Shown here: positions 61,141-64,000 of the stretch, piece after piece
Position numbering within the stretch: position 1 is the stretch's first letter
Layout of the letters: each line of letters starts with the position of its first letter
Assembly (NCBI RefSeq): GCF_006345805.1
Contig: NC_042998.1
Coordinates: 160,022,001-160,086,000 of the forward strand
Source: Octopus sinensis
Lineage: Eukaryota
Direction: 5' to 3'
DNA: 64,000 nucleotides
The notes under the pieces: generated by a model
What the model saw: only the letters and a program-made list of their open reading frames with translations
Databases searched by the model: none
Told to the model about the DNA's origin: nothing
Position numbers and translations under genes: made by a program

Positions 61141-63422
61141 TTCTCATGATGTATATAATATTTATATATAGTAATTGCGAAAACAAATTAACGCTTTACA
61201 ACACACATTCACACGTGTCTTTGTGTGATGGGCGGCAGTTTTGTGCCGTATGGAAGCTTAATCTATCACATTCTGAGAAATATATTGAATAAATTGTAAA
61301 TAGAAAGATAGTATAACTTTGAATATATGGTGAGTCACCGGGTGTCCTATACAGTTAAATTATGCATTAGAAAGAGTCCTAAATTTGTTTCCTAACCCTA
61401 TGCCAGAATCGATCATATTTGTCGTTTAGCGATCTTGACCAACGAGGGAGCCGCTACGCGATCCTGCCAGAAATGGCAGCTAAATCACCATTTAATTATA
61501 TCTTTTTTTAAATCTGGTTTGTAAGATTCTTCATGTGAATTCGCGTGTTGAAACAAGTTTTTGTATCTAGGGAGAATCATCATGGAACACACACACTGGA
61601 TCAATTCCACCCATTATTAAATGTCCGATTTTTCTTGTTTTTGTCAAAGCTCTTTCGTTGACTTTTTGCAAGTCACTGAGAAGGTTGCAAGAAAGAGCTT
61701 GCACAAAAACAAGACAAATCGGATATTTAGTGAGTAGAATTGAGCCAGTGTGTGAGTTAATTATACTGGCATGATGACTCTTCCTAGACACAACAAAATT
61801 ATATATCTTACTGTTTTAGAGTAAAAGAAGGACAATCTGGTTAATGTTGTTCCAGATATACAATATTTAAAAAGGTGGTTCGCTTTTGATTATAGGCCAG
61901 GTAGATCAGGCGCTCTTTGTTTAAACAATCAATACAAAAAGTTAGGTTATTTAAATCAACTTCAGACCATCAAAAATTGTTTTTAAAAACGCGTGGCATT
62001 TAATAGAAAACCTCATAGAGATATTTTCTTTACTGACTGTACCATAATATAAAACACCAGCAACATATTTTTTCGAGATTAAGCAAGTAAAAAAGTTCAT
62101 CCATATTTTGTAAAGTTATTAATTTCTAAAACCAGATGTTTGCAATCTAAAAAGTACATCACCTTGCTGATAGACATAAGCGTAAAGTGGAAAACAGAGA
62201 AATTTACTTTTAAGCTCCAAGCCAAATCCTGACCGAGCAGAGTATGGAGGTCCAACGTGTCCTTTTGTTATGCAAAACGATAGTATGTTACTGAGGGAAA
62301 TCTGGTTGCTATTGTAAGCAGGCTGAGCAACTATATAGATAGAAGCTCCTTTTGGTTTTTTTGTTCCAGAAGTGTAGGGTTTTGTTTTTAAATAATTTCT
62401 ACCCGAAACAAATCTATAAATTTCTTTGGGGGAGGGGTTTGTCCGTTAAATCGACATGTAACCTACAGAATGAATGGTAAAAATCGACCTCGGCAAAATA
62501 TTGGTGGATGTCTGGAATAGGTCGCCCACCTAAGTTGAATCTTCTCAACAAAGGTGGTGCAAAATGATATCAGTGAATAGAGAATTTGCTTATTACAGAA
62601 CTGAAAATAGCAGCAGATGGTAAGTAGTGTGAATAAAAAGAAAAATAGAATCCGAGAAAAAAAGTAAGAGTCTGCGTCGGATAAAAAAGGATAAACATTT
62701 ATAATTTCGTATTATGTCGTGAGGCGAGTTTTGGTTTCTAACAGCTCTTTCTTCGAAGACACCGATAATACGTGTGTATGCGCTCAGAAATACGTGAACA
62801 TTTCCAACGGTAAAATAATTTATCAGATAGCAAGAAGCATAACGGAATTGAGAATAAATTACCTAAGTTCCAGATTGAAAGAGAGGGAGAGGAGGTAGGT
62901 TAGGGTATTCATGCTTTTGCTAATGCTATTGCCGATAATGATTTTATATCTTTATATATATATCAGACAGAACAATGATTCTTAATTTTATAACTAAAAT
63001 GCCAACCATACAATATGCAGACCTAGATGTACAAAAAGTAGGGATGATTATGGTTGGAACGCCTTCGTAATCAAGATTGATCTGAGCTCAACAACTACTA
63101 TTATTATAAAATATCACAAAATTAGAAAAAGAATTAGAGAAAACACTGCCTTTGCTAATAAAATATACATCGAAGTGAATGAATTAATGTAGCTCAATAT
63201 ACTTTATTTTTAATTTTCCTGTCACCACGATAGTTCAGTTTTTTTTTGTTTGTCATTTTGTACCGCGGTAATTTATATTAAAAAAATCTGGAATATGAAT
63301 TTATATTTAACAAACAAAATAAAATAATTAAAACATTGGCAGAAAGAGAAGGAAGAAAACATTTTTAGAACAGCAACAGGGAAAATACATTTTAAAAATA
63401 GAATTAAAACAAATTAAAGCAT

Positions 63423-63467
<45 letters not shown>

Positions 63468-63517
63468 TACACACACGTGTGTGTGTGTGTTTATGTAGAT
63501 GTGTATTTTGTACTCAC

Positions 63518-64000
63518 GTTAACATATCCTAAGAGGTAAACAGGAAAGGAAGATACGAGCAACGAAGAAACTGGACAGTTTGTTTTATATGTATTTCAAA
63601 AGAGTTGAAGTTCTATATGATATGAATCAACTCCACCAACCCAACAATAATATTTATTATAGTAGTAGATATAATAATAATAATGAAATGGTCAACCTGG
63701 CAGTAAGATCAGCGTACTAACCATGTCGCTGATGAGCATTAATACAACTTCCGGTGACATAGATCGGTAATGTTCGGTAGTTTACGTCATTGTCCAACAA
63801 CCACGTTTTTGGAATGTGTTCAGTTCGTTATGTCTCGTTCGTTTCGTGTGAGCTATTTTATTTTATCACCGCCTGGAAAGATAAAACGCAGGAACAAACT
63901 CGGTTGAAATGAAAAACCGTGTATTAAATCGATGCCACAAGATATTTAGTCCTTCTATTTGGTTTGACTTTGAAATAATATCCAAAGATGCACATTCCGG
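63518..64000 (-). promoter_or_regulatory. Probable SUGP1 promoter and non-coding first exon
   Basis: Minus-strand donor GTGAGTA at 63517-63511; local CpG enrichment; ETS-like ACTTCCGGT near 63748 and CRE-like TTACGTCA near 63782. The first coding exon starts with an acceptor at 54131, so an upstream exon must exist. Confidence 0.45.

Noticed and set aside
62599-62619. 21-nt plus-strand microexon-like segment (ttacag ... ATG/gtaagt)
   Set aside because: No partner exons or ORF on the plus strand nearby; such motif pairs arise by chance in 64 kb.

Overview
Eukaryotic, AT-rich genomic DNA. The repeat families (RTE LINE with an (ATG)n tail, tRNA-headed SINEs, Penelope-like fragments) point to an octopod cephalopod, which is an inference. 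The window holds two convergent, intron-rich splicing-factor genes. (1) Plus strand: an hnRNP M/MYEF2 orthologue with 11 visible coding exons (816-8547; the start exon appears to lie upstream of the window). It has an RS-rich N-terminus, three RRMs, a Gly/Met-rich low-complexity domain and two U12-type introns at the same position in RRM2 and RRM3. (2) Minus strand: SUGP1, reconstructed with 14 phase-consistent coding exons (54115 to 23378, 724 aa) and a probable non-coding first exon and promoter near 63.5-64 kb. Between and inside the genes lie a 5'-truncated RTE LINE, a decayed mariner, Tigger and mariner remnants, piggyBac-type MITEs and many SINEs. The most unusual observations are in SUGP1 introns 4-5 (numbered from the first coding exon): a ~76-bp near-perfect hairpin whose arms are Penelope-type minimal hammerhead ribozyme motifs, with the sense copy locked by its own antisense; a second hammerhead motif; and two sets of crossed inverted repeats. 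A chain of apparent non-coding exons also follows the MYEF2 stop codon. All coordinates were read by eye and no searches were run.
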